Positions 15,007 to 27,425 of a stretch of 64,000 nt of DNA are shown one piece after another. The notes under the pieces were generated by a model. It did no database searches, was not told where the DNA came from, and saw only the letters and a program-made list of their open reading frames with translations. Location of the stretch: contig NC_135259.1 of assembly GCF_964204865.1 (NCBI RefSeq), positions 10,478,001 to 10,542,000 of the forward strand. The letters are read 5' to 3'. Source of the DNA: Styela clava (Eukaryota). A program made the translations under genes and the position numbers. The first letter of the stretch is position 1; every line of letters begins with the position of its first letter.

Positions 15007-18000
15007 CTCTAAAATTAAGTATAAAATAATGACCCGCTCAAACCCAATAAAACTAGAATAAATTTCAACTGCCCTCCGATAAATGCTCGTCTAAATACTC
15101 TGCAATCCGTGCTGATTATCTGAGTATCGAGACCTTCTTATAAACCAGGCTTTAGGGTTTTTATCTGACTAGTTTAAGGTTATTCCAGCTTTGTTACATA
15201 TTATTATACAGCTTTGAATAAAATATGAATTGTGGTCTGCTTTTCATGTGACGCTGCATATCTTCGCCTGAAGAAGATTATCACAACTCATTTTTATGTT
15301 TGAAACACTTAGTTCAGAATTGAAATCTTCGGCTCTGCTAGCAACAGTTTGTCTAACTAGCAGAATATCGCAGTGTTGTGTTTAAGACAATGAAAGCAAA
15401 CGTCATACGCCCCACAATTGAACACAATACAGAGTTTCAAGATACATTGTCAAATCTTTTGTTCATACTCTTATCCCATTGTTCCTAAAAAAATCACTAT
15501 ACGTGGTAGATATCAACTGTAGGTAATAGTTAAAGCATAATTTGAAATCTGATTATTGCCGGGAATATTTTTATGTTTATATGAAATTTATTTCTAGTTT
15601 GATAATATCGTGTTGACGTTTCCGTAACAATAAAATATATAACGGAAGTTATCCTTACACCAGGGCCATTTTGCTGTCTCAGTATATCGCGATGGAGGCG
15701 ATGCAAACAAAAGTTTCGTTCTTCAACTGTCGCCTACTCGCCTAGAGTAAACTGAATTATTTTCCTCTTTCAACATAATATTGATATTGGGGATATTTTT
15801 GAGCAGGATGTGTTAGAATTAGGGTTCTAAGTTCAAACCATACTGTAGATCTCATAAATGACCTAGAGAATAAGGAGCACCAATTTGGTGAGAAGTGATT
15901 GGATTGAAACCGGATGAGAACATTCGCATCCCATCACTATTAAGATGGCCTGTCACCTGTACTCTGTCACGTGCACGATCAATCAGTCAAGCATTCTTCT
16001 CTGCCACAAAACATTACAATATTTAACACAAAAAAGTTTCAAACAGGTCAACAAGGTGCAGAAAAAAAGAAGAAGGGCAATCATAGCCCAAAAATAAGGT
16101 AAAAACGTTCATGAATACTCGCCCATCCACCAGATAACAAAAAAACAACACTCAAAAGGTTTGAAATGTTTGAGCACGAATGCTAATCATTATCAACACG
16201 CGAGCGTTGGTTGTGAATGGATGCGTAGGTGCCGCGCACTGCCATCAATACAGACAAATTATCTACATCAACCCTATATAATTATATTGTTGAACTTTGA
16301 TCATTCTAGACACGAAACGCACATGGAGGCGCTTGGTGGCAAATTCACATGTAAAATAGCTTTCTCACACTAAAAAAAGCATATAATGAAACCAAGTCAC
16401 AGTCATCTCCGTTAAGTTTTACGCTTCCTGATGAACATAATGTTTCTCATCTATGTATAATTGGATTCCAGTTTTGAACACAAAATGCTAAATTGTTGTT
16501 ATAGTTGTTGGAAAACTTTGCTTTCCCAACCACTCGATTTTGAACTTTCAGTGGTTGAAGCCGTTTTGAGGCTATTATACCTCCAATTTCACTACAAGGT
16601 CCCCGTATTTCACTGCAAAGAAGCCGATATCGAAGCAGCAATTAAACACGAAAGCCCAATGACAAGCCGCGGTATCGGTCTATGCGTGTTTCGTCGAAGT
16701 ATGTTACGTAATCATTGGAACGATTCGAATCCAAATTGGAAATCAAGTCCGTAATCGCAGATGAGCAGTGAGCACTAGCTCTGTGGCAAAGATGTCGGAC
16801 TGGTCTGGCGGCACTCCCACGTGGTAGCGCAGTTTAGCTGAAAATATCAAAATTTTGGGATGAAATATCGAGATTCATATGAAAACATCAAATCCGCTCA
16901 GTCTAGGTCGACCATCGTCTATTACCTCATCAAAATCAAGATTAAGAGCTAAAGGTATACATTCACATCCCAACAACGAGGCTCAACAGACTGCACTTGT
17001 CATCGGACTGCAAATGAGCAGAAAGGTGGCGAAGTCATTCCATTGCGTACGGTAGCAGGTCGATAACAAAACGGTGCTTGGGCATCAGCGAATTGGTTGT
17101 TGTCGATTCGTTTAAAATGAATTGTTTACTGCATGAGAAATAAACGAGTTATCTAGTTAACCCGGATTTACGCAGAAGGACAGTCTTTCCAGAACATCCA
17201 AGGGGAAAACCTAGCCCCGTCCGAGAGCATTGATCAACGCCGGTGGTGAGATAGCGGCAGTGGTGTGATCTATTAGCTCGCTAACAACATGCCCCCCCCC
17301 CCCCAATTCAGAAAATCATGTCACGGGCATTCCGAAAACAGTTCGCGCAAACCCCCTGAATTCCACCACTACAAAGCGGGCATTGAGTAGTTTCTTTTAC
17401 ACGAACAATTTTGGCATGAATCTCATTTTCAAAGCATACTTCAACTATTTGCATATAGTGTTATACCGATTCGAACTCAGAACACAGAGTGACCCACCTC
17501 TACGGAAATGGAAAAAAAAATTGTTTGCGCTTGAACTTCTGTTTGTGTTTGAGTGTAACCAGAAGTTTCAGAAATCTATGACGCTTTGCACAAAAATTAT
17601 GTTCTCTCTAGTCTAGAATATTTTTCAAATTGACCTCCTTGGTTTTGGTGACAAACTTTCACAGTAGAGCAAAGATGTCAATCACTCACTTAGGCCGTGA
17701 GACGAGGCCCTGAAATACGCCTAGAAAATGAGTTTCGGAGCGCACATAAGGGAACTACCTGGAAATAATTCCAAAATGTTCCTTAAAAATTTAGTAACAA
17801 ATAATACCATAATATGCAATTCAAGAGACCTGCTGCACACTAACACAAGTGTATTTCTGCGACGTTTTGTCTGACCAAAATCAGACTTCCTCAAACAAGC
17901 AGTTTACAACAAAGAACAGCATAAGAAGTTGCATTTATTTTATAGAAGCTATCAAACGTATTTATTTTTAAGCAATGAAATCACAAATTAACATCGTGAG

Positions 18001-19532
18001 CACAAATTCATAAATAAATCAGTTATTTCTCAGAGAAATCTACCGGGAAAGTCAAGAAAATCAAAGGAATACAGTATGTACATAACATCGTGAACTGTAA
18101 TATTACAAAATGTTTTTTTCAGTTTCGGTGGTTGTGTATTTGAAACAAAGGCAATATTAGTTATAGAAACAAAACCTTCGACAAGTAAATAAATATGAAA
18201 AATAGAACTTACAAATAACAAAATCCCAGAGCTCGATCAATCACAGAGGTGCGCTCACTAAAAACACAGAAAGGAGAGAGCGACATGTGGGAGGCCTCAC
18301 GGATGCCAGATAATTGGTCGGGTCGAAATAGACAATCAGATAGCAAACAGAATAGGTCAATCAAATCTATTTGGGATTCGTGTGTTATAAAGCATGGAAA
18401 TAATACATGCAATTACATATTAGTATGAAATTTGGAATAAGAAATCAGTTCATTTTACCCAATATGATTATACTGCGCCTATATAATTAAATGATTATCG
18501 CAAGATTATTTTGCACGACTATAAAAAATAGACACAGCGAAAGACATTTCAAGAGCACAACCTAGTGTCCATAATTAAAATGCAAAAAGCATTTCCTATC
18601 GTTTGTTGAGCTCATATCGTAACTAAAATCATGTTGCTAAAAAGGAGCAATTTTCAATATGGTACAAAAAGAGTTCATGATACAGCTTTTGCAAAGAGAC
18701 ATAACACAAGAGAGCTACGCACAAATATATGGACACGTTAGACCAGAGCGAATCAGTCCTTACCGGTACCTTTGACGCTACCGGTACCCTCAAAAAAGTT
18801 CTGAATTTCCAGTAGCAAGAATTTTGCAGAATCAAAACGTACAGCCAGTCATGACACTGACTAAAATCCGTGTTCCCATGGATAAAAAATAATACAGCAA
18901 AATTTTAGACGAAATATCAAATTTCATAGAATTCACGCAAAATTTTGAAATAAATAAATGTAATAGCCTTCTAGCAAAAAAATTAATCTTTAACCACTGA
19001 AAATTTCAAAGCAATTGGTCCAGTATTCGAAGAGAAAAGCGACTTTTTAGAAACGTGTCAAAGAACAAGAACAAGAACAACAACAACAACATAATATTGA
19101 AACGATCGTTATGTCCACTACGTGTCCAATAATGTAGAATCATACATCTACTCATTACGACTTTAGCAACCTCCATCCTCTGAGTGACAGTGTTGAGCAC
19201 AGCCTGACTCGGAAAAATTACTGGGAGGCAAATCCTTGATGTTTAAAGAAAAGAATAAAAACTGTCCAAATGAATTGATAATTGTTAAAATGGCTCAATC
19301 ACGAACACGGTCAAAGTAGATAGATAGGTTTGTTGCTTGGTCTTGGTGGTTGAAGAGGTGTCAACCGGTTTGCAGACAATTATTCATTATTCATGAGTCA
19401 TTATCTGATTATCACGAACAAACAAAAGCTTGATAGTTAATAAATCGACGTAATTATTATTTCAATCAGCATATGAAATTTATCTGAGATTCGTTGATTG
19501 CTTGTTTTGAGAATATTAATTTTATGTCAAGC

Positions 19533-20537
19533 TTATGCCTGTTCGATTCTTTCGATATTGAAAATGGATACTGACGGTCGCCTGTTTTCTGTTTTGTTTT
19601 GCATACAGGGTAATACTATCATTCTCCATTCTTTGAAACTGAAAATGGAAGCAAAAAGATTTAGGTTTGTATTTAGCAGAGCAGCACCTGTTCCGTCATA
19701 CCACGAATATCTATTAAATATAGCGGGAAGTACAAAAAATAGAATTTGCGTACAGACAAACGACAATGTTGTATAAAAAGATCTGATAGCCAAAGGTTTT
19801 ACATACGCCAATGCGTTCATTGTTCCCAGCATTTTTTTGGATTCTTCTCTATGTCTTCTTATTGGATGAAGAAAAAGTGCGAGTAAAAGGGCATCAGTTG
19901 TGATTCTCATAGCACCGGCGATAAACAACCATATACCTGATGGTGGCGTGAGACAGTTGGTTAATTTGAGCGATCGCAAATAAGACAATGCAATCGTGAA
20001 TGGAGCTGCTATTACCAATACACACGTACATATGCTCATACGTCTTGTTATTGTGTTGGTCAAGTCGGACATTAGCGGATTCGTATATATCATCCTCTGT
20101 CGACACCATAGGGAGCCAAATAAACATGCATGCATTGAAGCAAAGGCTAATGGAGTGATCTTCCGTCCGATAAGGCAAAGTTCCGAACGAATCGTGTCGA
20201 AAATTACTATTGAAATATTGGAAAGACAGGCAAGTAGTTGTAGTGCTCCAGCACATAATATTAAATACCTCATGTATTGCGACCAATCATTTTGAACTCC
20301 AAACGAGATTCCTCTTTTAACGTATTTACTTCTGGTCTTTCGATCTCGTTTCATTTTTAGGTCATACTGTATCAGAAGAATTAGTAAAAATATAGTGATT
20401 GTTGAACAAAATATCCTCGAGCCAATCAACCATATCCATTTCGTAACACTGTGGTTGGTGAAGTTTAAATCATTTATTGCATTAGAGACGTTACGCAGAT
20501 CATCGTGAATGCCAATACTGGAATTCATACTGTCCAT
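19533..20537 (-). CDS. Intronless orphan 7-transmembrane (GPCR-like) protein, about 334 aa from the likely start MDSMNSS
   Basis: The ORF track gives 19533-20783. The Met at 20537 gives an N-glycosylation-rich N-tail (NSS, NVS, NFT, NHS) and a length matching the paralog at 3419. Motifs WCRQRMIY, LLALFLHPI, KPLAIRSF and SFKEWR. Confidence 0.8.
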   Translation of the reverse strand: MDSMNSSIGIHDDLRNVSNAINDLNFTNHSVTKWIWLIGSRIFCSTITIFLLILLIQYDLKMKRDRKTRSKYVKRGISFGVQNDWSQYMRYLILCAGALQLLACLSNISIVIFDTIRSELCLIGRKITPLAFASMHACLFGSLWCRQRMIYTNPLMSDLTNTITRRMSICTCVLVIAAPFTIALSYLRSLKLTNCLTPPSGIWLFIAGAMRITTDALLLALFLHPIRRHREESKKMLGTMNALAYVKPLAIRSFYTTLSFVCTQILFFVLPAIFNRYSWYDGTGAALLNTNLNLFASIFSFKEWRMIVLPCMQNKTENRRPSVSIFNIERIEQA

Positions 20538-21574
20538 TGAATTATGTAGAATTTTCTTAATAGATTTAATGAAGCTTGAATTAAAAACAGCAAACGCCTG
20601 GACGATACATGATGATTCGGCAATTTGTTCAGGATATATATTAATAGCTAAGAGAACATATAGAATGCATAAAAATGAAAATTTACAAAACATAAAAAAT
20701 CCATGATATATGAGATTTACACTGAGAATTGCATAAAAAGTATACGCTAAAATTACACGCAAAAATTGCGAACGTATTTTCATTAAAACAATTCATAAAG
20801 AATCCAGCGATATTTGTATGCATTTCTAAAACAAAATGGCACATATCATTTGTATATACTATTTTTATATAAATTACATTCTGACTCATGTGGATATATT
20901 CCGTAACATATATATCATCTATATATATTATGTTGTGGCTTTCGCCCGGGTCACTTAGTACTTGATTCAATCTCACTTATAAGAAAGTTCCTTACTGCTG
21001 TTTATATTCTAAATATAGAGGGGGATCGGGATTCTAAATCTTCTTCAATTGCAATCGACCAGGCTGTTTCCTTCTAAGCAAATCATGACATATCGTTGTG
21101 GTTAAAGGTTTTTCGTGTTATTATTCTAAACTAAATCTGAATTTATTCAACTAAGCTATGCAATAACTACGATGATCTTTAGTAGTTTACAATCTACCGA
21201 TACAAAAGACAAGTATATATCGAGTGGTACCTTCATTTTTTTATGAAACAAATATTTCATAAACAATTCCTGATTGGGATCACATTGTGAGAATGATGTG
21301 AATGATACCACAACGATAATGCAAATATAGTTCTGCACTGCTATTCGATACATGGTAATCCACAAACAATATGTTGTTTACAAAATCCTCAGCATGTTCG
21401 AAAGGTAACATTACCACCACATAGCAGTGTCCTATTACATACCAATACCGATTCTCGGTTATTTTAGTAATTGATTATTATCAATGCCGCTCGTGTATAT
21501 AGGATAGGTATTAACTAATTTTGTGAATGTAAGGGATATGGATACTGTTACGATTTGTTCCCATTTCATGTGTG

Positions 21575-21893
21575 TTATTACTTATCGATCTTGATCGATA
21601 GTATGTTGATAAGTATTTGTCTTTCTGACTGTTAGACACTTTCGTATGTTACGCGATATCTCACGAAAGCGAGGTTGAATCTGCTCCAAATTTTGCATGT
21701 GCATTCATCATATCTCGGACCAGAAGCCCATTGATTTTGGATTAATTATATAATAATTCGTGTAATTAACGAGTTATTGATTAATTATAATTTTTTTCAT
21801 AATTAGTTAATTAGGGAGTTATTAAATAATTAATAATTTATTTTATTTTTGCGGAAGATCGATAAGTCGGCGGTCTCCGATCGCTATCTCGTT
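21575..21893 (+). mobile_element. Non-autonomous Helentron-associated (HINE/DINE-1-like) element
   Basis: Perfect 13-bp asymmetric subterminal inverted repeat acttatcgatctt (21580-21592) / aagatcgataagt (21855-21867). Also a 5' hairpin tatcgatc-tt-gatcgata, a degenerate (gtct)-like tract, a 3' stem-loop gcggtc-tcc-gatcgc, a ctcgtt end, TT flanks and no TSD. Confidence 0.6.
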
Positions 21894-24773
21894 TTAGCTT
21901 CATCGTGTTAAGCAAACTTGAATTCAGATATTTTGAATTCAGTTAACGCAGCATCAAAAATTTAGAGTGTACCTAATAGGAAGATCTATTGCTCGCTAAA
22001 TAGCAACCACCGTAGTCTTGGCGCTGATAAGTATTACTGGGATAATTACAATATAATTCTGCTATTTTTCAAACTCAATTATATTTGCCGATGGATTATA
22101 ATAATTTAATTTATGATAGTTTTTGCGTCTGCCTTCAGATTATTTAGAATGCCACATACCGTTCGACTTATTTATAGTTACATAAAGTGATGAATTGGTA
22201 ATAGAATAGTTGGGTACGATTTCACATTGATCGAATCAACAGAAATTCAAATAGGTTTAAATGAATACTAAATTGGGTCATGGACATTTGTCAGGTTACC
22301 AGTCCGAGAAGTGGTAAGATATGAGCTAAGAAACCAGCTCCCATTTTCATGTATATAACGAGGTTGATTAAAGACCTTAATATCCGATTGGAGTTCCGCC
22401 ATCATGCACATTCCATCTGCCTGATATTGTGCAAACTGGTTCACAAAATTCAAACAAACGATAGCAAATACTAAAATCAAATAAGAAAACTAAGAATTGT
22501 ATCGCGAACGATCCACATACATATCAAGTCATCTGCTAGGTAGAAATTTACGCAGGGGTGAATAATTGATTTAATATAAAATTCACGTACAAAATATAAC
22601 ATGTCAGGTGGAAGAGTTATACGCGAAATGAACGTTACTCCACTATTAAACAGAAACATTCATATATGTAACGAGTTACGTGTTGCACACATGTTACGTG
22701 TGTTACACATGACCATTGACAATTGTTCAAAAACACGCACAAATTTATGGAACTCAAACATTTTGGTTTTCGACACTACAACAATATCCATGAAATTCAT
22801 TGAGGACGATAAAATGCAAGTAATTCAATGACTCTTCTGCTATTGCATTTCTCTCGCAAACATTTGAATCGTAGCTCCATGTTGCTCGACGAAATATTTA
22901 TGTACATATCCACACTAATTGAGCGGCTTTGTTGTATTTCAAATTGCTGTTAAAGATTTTACTGTTTCACATAAGGGTTCCACCAAGGTATCATGGTTGC
23001 TGCACTTTTTGATTATTCGTCATTCATTTTAGTCTTCAACGGGGCCCCAAATCCACTTTACTACTACCTGTTGGTTGGCGATCTTGCTTACGCCGAGCCA
23101 CCGGGCGATAAAGTCATCATCCATCACGTATCCAGTCACAATTTATAACAAAAATTATCATTAAAAATTAGAAATTCGTTGGTTACTGGTTCTCATTCTT
23201 TTCTAAAGCATTTTCTTTCATAATGAAATGACAAAAAATGTGTACGACTACAAGAATGAAAAAAGCGGAACATGCTTTCACAGAGTAATTTCCTTGAAAA
23301 ATTGACAAATATCTCTAGAATTGTAAAAAGTCGTAATCGTTTATATATGAACAATATAGTATGTAAACTGTTTATTCTGTGATAAACAAACTCCCTCAAA
23401 TAAAGCGACATAGTTGTACTTTCTGAATAGATTTCAGTTAAAACCAGCAACAAATTGTCTCTGGATTTATGGAGATATATAAAATATATATCAAACTTTT
23501 ATAAAACTTGAATAAAATAGGAATAATTACCACTTCTGTCTAACTGACTTCATTCGTCACTTTCATAAATGTTAAGCACAACTATGCTTTATTTCTGTAT
23601 CCTCCTCTTTCGGAAACATAGTAGGTCAAATCCACACCTATGTGATTCCAGTGAAAACAAGACCATGAGTCCACGATATTATTATAAGACAATATGAGTT
23701 GAGAAGTTTGTAAACAATAACAAGAGTGTTTTAATTTTTACAAATATATCGTCAGTGATGTAACCTGACAATTATTAAGCATTGTATGAAATGCATTCAT
23801 TTCAATTGGCAATGCATTTCATATTTATTTGTGCTATAAACAATTACAGGATAGAAGGCGGTTAAAATCAGGAAACAGCGTTTCCGTTTTCAATAATTTG
23901 AATTCAATAATATTTGAGGTTTCTGAAGCAACACAAAGTCAGCATATATTGAACATGGTGAACTATATATATATTATTTTTACTTGACTAAACTCGGTGT
24001 GATCATCCATTGCACATGGATTATTATATAAGAAAATTATTTAAAATTGAATCCAAATTGAGTGGGCGACATTTATTTAGCTACTGGAATAACAAAACAG
24101 TCGATAAATTTTTCATCTTCCGATTCAAAGAATTGTCTGCTTTAAAAGTCATGGTACACCGATTTGGTACGATTTTTATGCTAATCGGGCTGTTGGATTG
24201 TAGTATGTATTAACTTGACATAACAGATTCAAAATCTTGGTTGGGTCAGTTCAAATTACATTTTATACATATAGTAGGCCCGTCAAATACGGACACCACT
24301 ATAGCAAAATCTTAATTTCTCGTAATCTATACCATATAGGAGCGTGACTCCCGTATTAAAATAACCAATTTGAACGTGCCCTACAGCCCACTGTCGATTT
24401 CGGCAATCCGCTTTTTATTTTGTTAGATATGAGTATTTTTTCCCAAAAAATTTATTCGGGTAAAACGGACACATGGATGGGTAAAACGAACATTAAACAA
24501 AATTAATTGAACACACTACTGAACTATTTGAATGCGTATAAAACGCCTAAAAAAATCATAAATAATAAGCCTCGAGCATTACAGTGGGTGCGAGCAACGG
24601 TGTTCATATTACCCCATCAGACATGAAAACTTATTAAGCATCCAGGCATGTACTTGCAACTGAACAAAAGCTTTAGTTGATCAACTGAATGTCTTTTACC
24701 ATAAATAACATAACGAAACTACCCTAATGAAACAGGCAAGTTATTTATATGTAAATTATTACTGGCTTTCCTC

Positions 24774-26367
24774 TAGGCTTGCACGTAATTGACAAAAATC
24801 AATTCCGTAATTACGGCCAAATCGATTACGTAATGACCCCGTAATTGCGATATTTTTTTCACACATTCAAACATATCATAACAACCAATTTAATCCACTT
24901 CTATTCCGAATGGGACATCGAAGTTTGGTTTTCATATTCCCGGCAGTACTACACGCCGGCGACAGATGTTAAAGACAAATATCAAGGAGTGAATTCAAAA
25001 TAATTTTATTCTGATTTTTATCTTTTGTATTAGCTTTGATTTTTTTTTATCCACTTTATCACCAAATTTTATGCGATCAATTTTATCATTACCAACACTG
25101 GTAATATATTTAAGAAACGATAGTTCATGTTTTTAAAATCGTATGAACGTATTAATACGACTTTCGTATTAAATAAAAATTCCGGGTTGCTAATTTATTA
25201 ATCAACTACAAGCGTATTTTCTCGTTTGATTATACTTTCGCTTGCCTGGCGACGAAGACTTGTTATTTCACCGTTTTTTACAATATCCGACTTTACTACT
25301 TAGTTAGCATTTCATAACAATTATTGATGCCGACTTATTGACGATATTCCGAATTCCATGCTTCATTTTACATTAAATCATTTCGCGGCCTAAAAGTTAT
25401 AACATTATTTGCGATAAATTTAGATCAAATATTAATTATTTGCGCATTATTTAAAATACCGTATTTATATGACATGCCTTCTCCGAAAATACAAAGTTAC
25501 ATCGCAAAACAATGCATTTTGTGACATTTATTTTGCACTCATGAAAATATTAATTTATTTTTCTAACTCAAGTCGACAATCCTATTTGCCAAGATTGACA
25601 CAAGTTTGGTCGAGTGCCGGTGGTATTCGAGTCGACGATAAATTGCCGCATTTGGTAAAGACAGGTAATCATATTTGGCCGACATATTGCGAGGCATTGT
25701 GAAAAACATATTGAGCAATGCCAAGTCCTGACAGATATATAACGATGAAATCGGTAACAGAACATCAAGATTTTGTAATAGAAAATGAATCTCGCGCAGA
25801 ATAAACACGTGAAATCCCGTCGTATTGTTGTTTCTCCGCCGTCTCAATCGCTTTACCGATGCCGAAAAGACTAAGTTGCGTTGGTTCATTACGCAATTTC
25901 TCTTCCGTCTTTATATTGCTGTTTGATAAGCGCGACATTAATTATCACGGCATTTACAAATAGACCATGTTTTATAAGTTGATCTCTTACATTCTTTAGT
26001 CATTTCACCCGAAGAAGTTGAAAACCAGGTATGTTGACGTCCATCGGTCTCAACACAATTCTATTTCTTATCTACGGTTAATATGTACATTGGCCATCCT
26101 AGATAAGTTGATAATAGGTTAGTAAATGACGCGTTATGCCTTCCCCATCTGCCTAACAAGAGAGAGAAAAACGGCTGCGAATACCGGAACTCTTAACTTC
26201 TTTTACTTAAACTTTAATTTTTTACAATCGACGGAATTGACTGTTCTGAAGAGAGCTCGTTTCAATCGCGAAAGCGCTCGACCACTAATTACGACTTTAC
26301 GTAATTCGTAACTTCTCTTCCGTAACTCGAAATAATTCCGTAATTCCGTAAATTACGTGCAAGCCTA
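24774..26367. mobile_element. hAT-superfamily non-autonomous element (1594 bp) nested in the pogo element
   Basis: Perfect 17-bp TIR TAGGCTTGCACGTAATT / AATTACGTGCAAGCCTA. Perfect 8-bp TSD ctttcctc (24766-24773, 26368-26375). Subterminal taattccg/ttacg repeats. Confidence 0.9.
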
Positions 26368-26375
26368 CTTTCCTC

Positions 26376-27425
26376 ACATGTGAAAGCTTGAACGTTTCTT
26401 CCATAAACACCAGCACAAATGTCATGAAACCATCTGAGGCATTGCTGACATTGTATACTCCTCATCATCGTAAAAACTGCCTTCACAAAACCCACAAACA
26501 TCACTATTTCTAACAGCCTTGGCAGATTCTTTTCTGTTTATAATTCTTCCTACTTTGACCTTGCTCACATGAGGTTTATTCAAACTGCTGACCTCTATTT
26601 TCTTGGACCCTGCTTTTGCTTTTTTTCTTAGTTATAATATCAGAGTCCTCTTTATTTTCTAGAACTGCTAGTTCTTTCTTATATCCTTCACTGGTGAGTA
26701 TTCTCATACAAGTTATGATCGCTTTCTCACGATCACGAGGTGGTTTTAGTCGAGGTGGGGCCTTTGGAAAAGGCAGAATCTCTTCAAATGAAGTGTCACT
26801 CGAATCCAATAAACTATCCTCTGGAGATGCTGGTGAACTACTCTGTTGTTCTGTAGAGATTTGCTGCCTAAACTTGGGACCTGATGTTTGCTGAATAGTT
26901 TTACTGCAACAAGGTGAATCATTGTCAGCTTGCTGCAAACCACATGCAACAAAATTATTACTTGTCGACGAGATAGTAATGGTGAGCGGTGGTTGGGAAG
27001 TGATGTTGCTAGGCTCTAATAAATCGAGGTTTACTAAAGTTTGACAGGGGCTGCGGTTTTCGTATATTTATCAAGTTTCATATATCGTTCCCGAAACCAG
27101 CCTTTCCTGCCATTTTAGCAGATTCTGAAAATTTATTAGAAATTTTGTTCACCATTGCAAATTCATAAGCCAACTTTCGAATGTCTTTAACCGTTAATGG
27201 GAAGCGTCTCTTTTCAAATTCGAGTATATGTTGCAAATGATCCTTTTTGTTCTGGCCCAAGGTAGGAGAACAACCAAGACTCCGTGATCCTGAAGCCTTC
27301 TTCAGCGTTCGATAAACATGACAGCGAAGTGTAGCCCTTGGAACCGAATATGTACTTGCTTCAGTCAGGAGTTTTCCTCCGCTTCGTACCATTTCAATTG
27401 CTTTTTTTATGTTTTTTCCATCCAT
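26376..27425 (-). pseudogene. Disrupted pogo-family transposase (HTH_psq/CENP-B HTH, linker and PHD finger; DDE domain absent)
   Basis: ORF 27078-27425: KKAIEMVRSG..YSVPRATL..FPLTVKDIRKLAYEFA..KMAGK. ORF 26576-26938: EILPFPKAPPR..RILTSEGYK. ORF 26289-26504: QCQQCLRWFHDICAG..FTCEE. The pieces are in different frames and leave no room for a DDE domain. Confidence 0.75.

Noticed and set aside
16780-17305. GC-richer block ending in a poly-C tract; possible interspersed repeat or ncRNA
   Set aside because: No TIR, TSD, Pol III boxes or second copy in the window, so it cannot be classified.
20538-20783. 82-aa N-terminal extension of the 416-aa 7TM ORF
   Set aside because: AT-rich, low-complexity sequence with no counterpart in the paralog. 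The Met at 20537 gives a typical glycosylated N-tail and a matching length.
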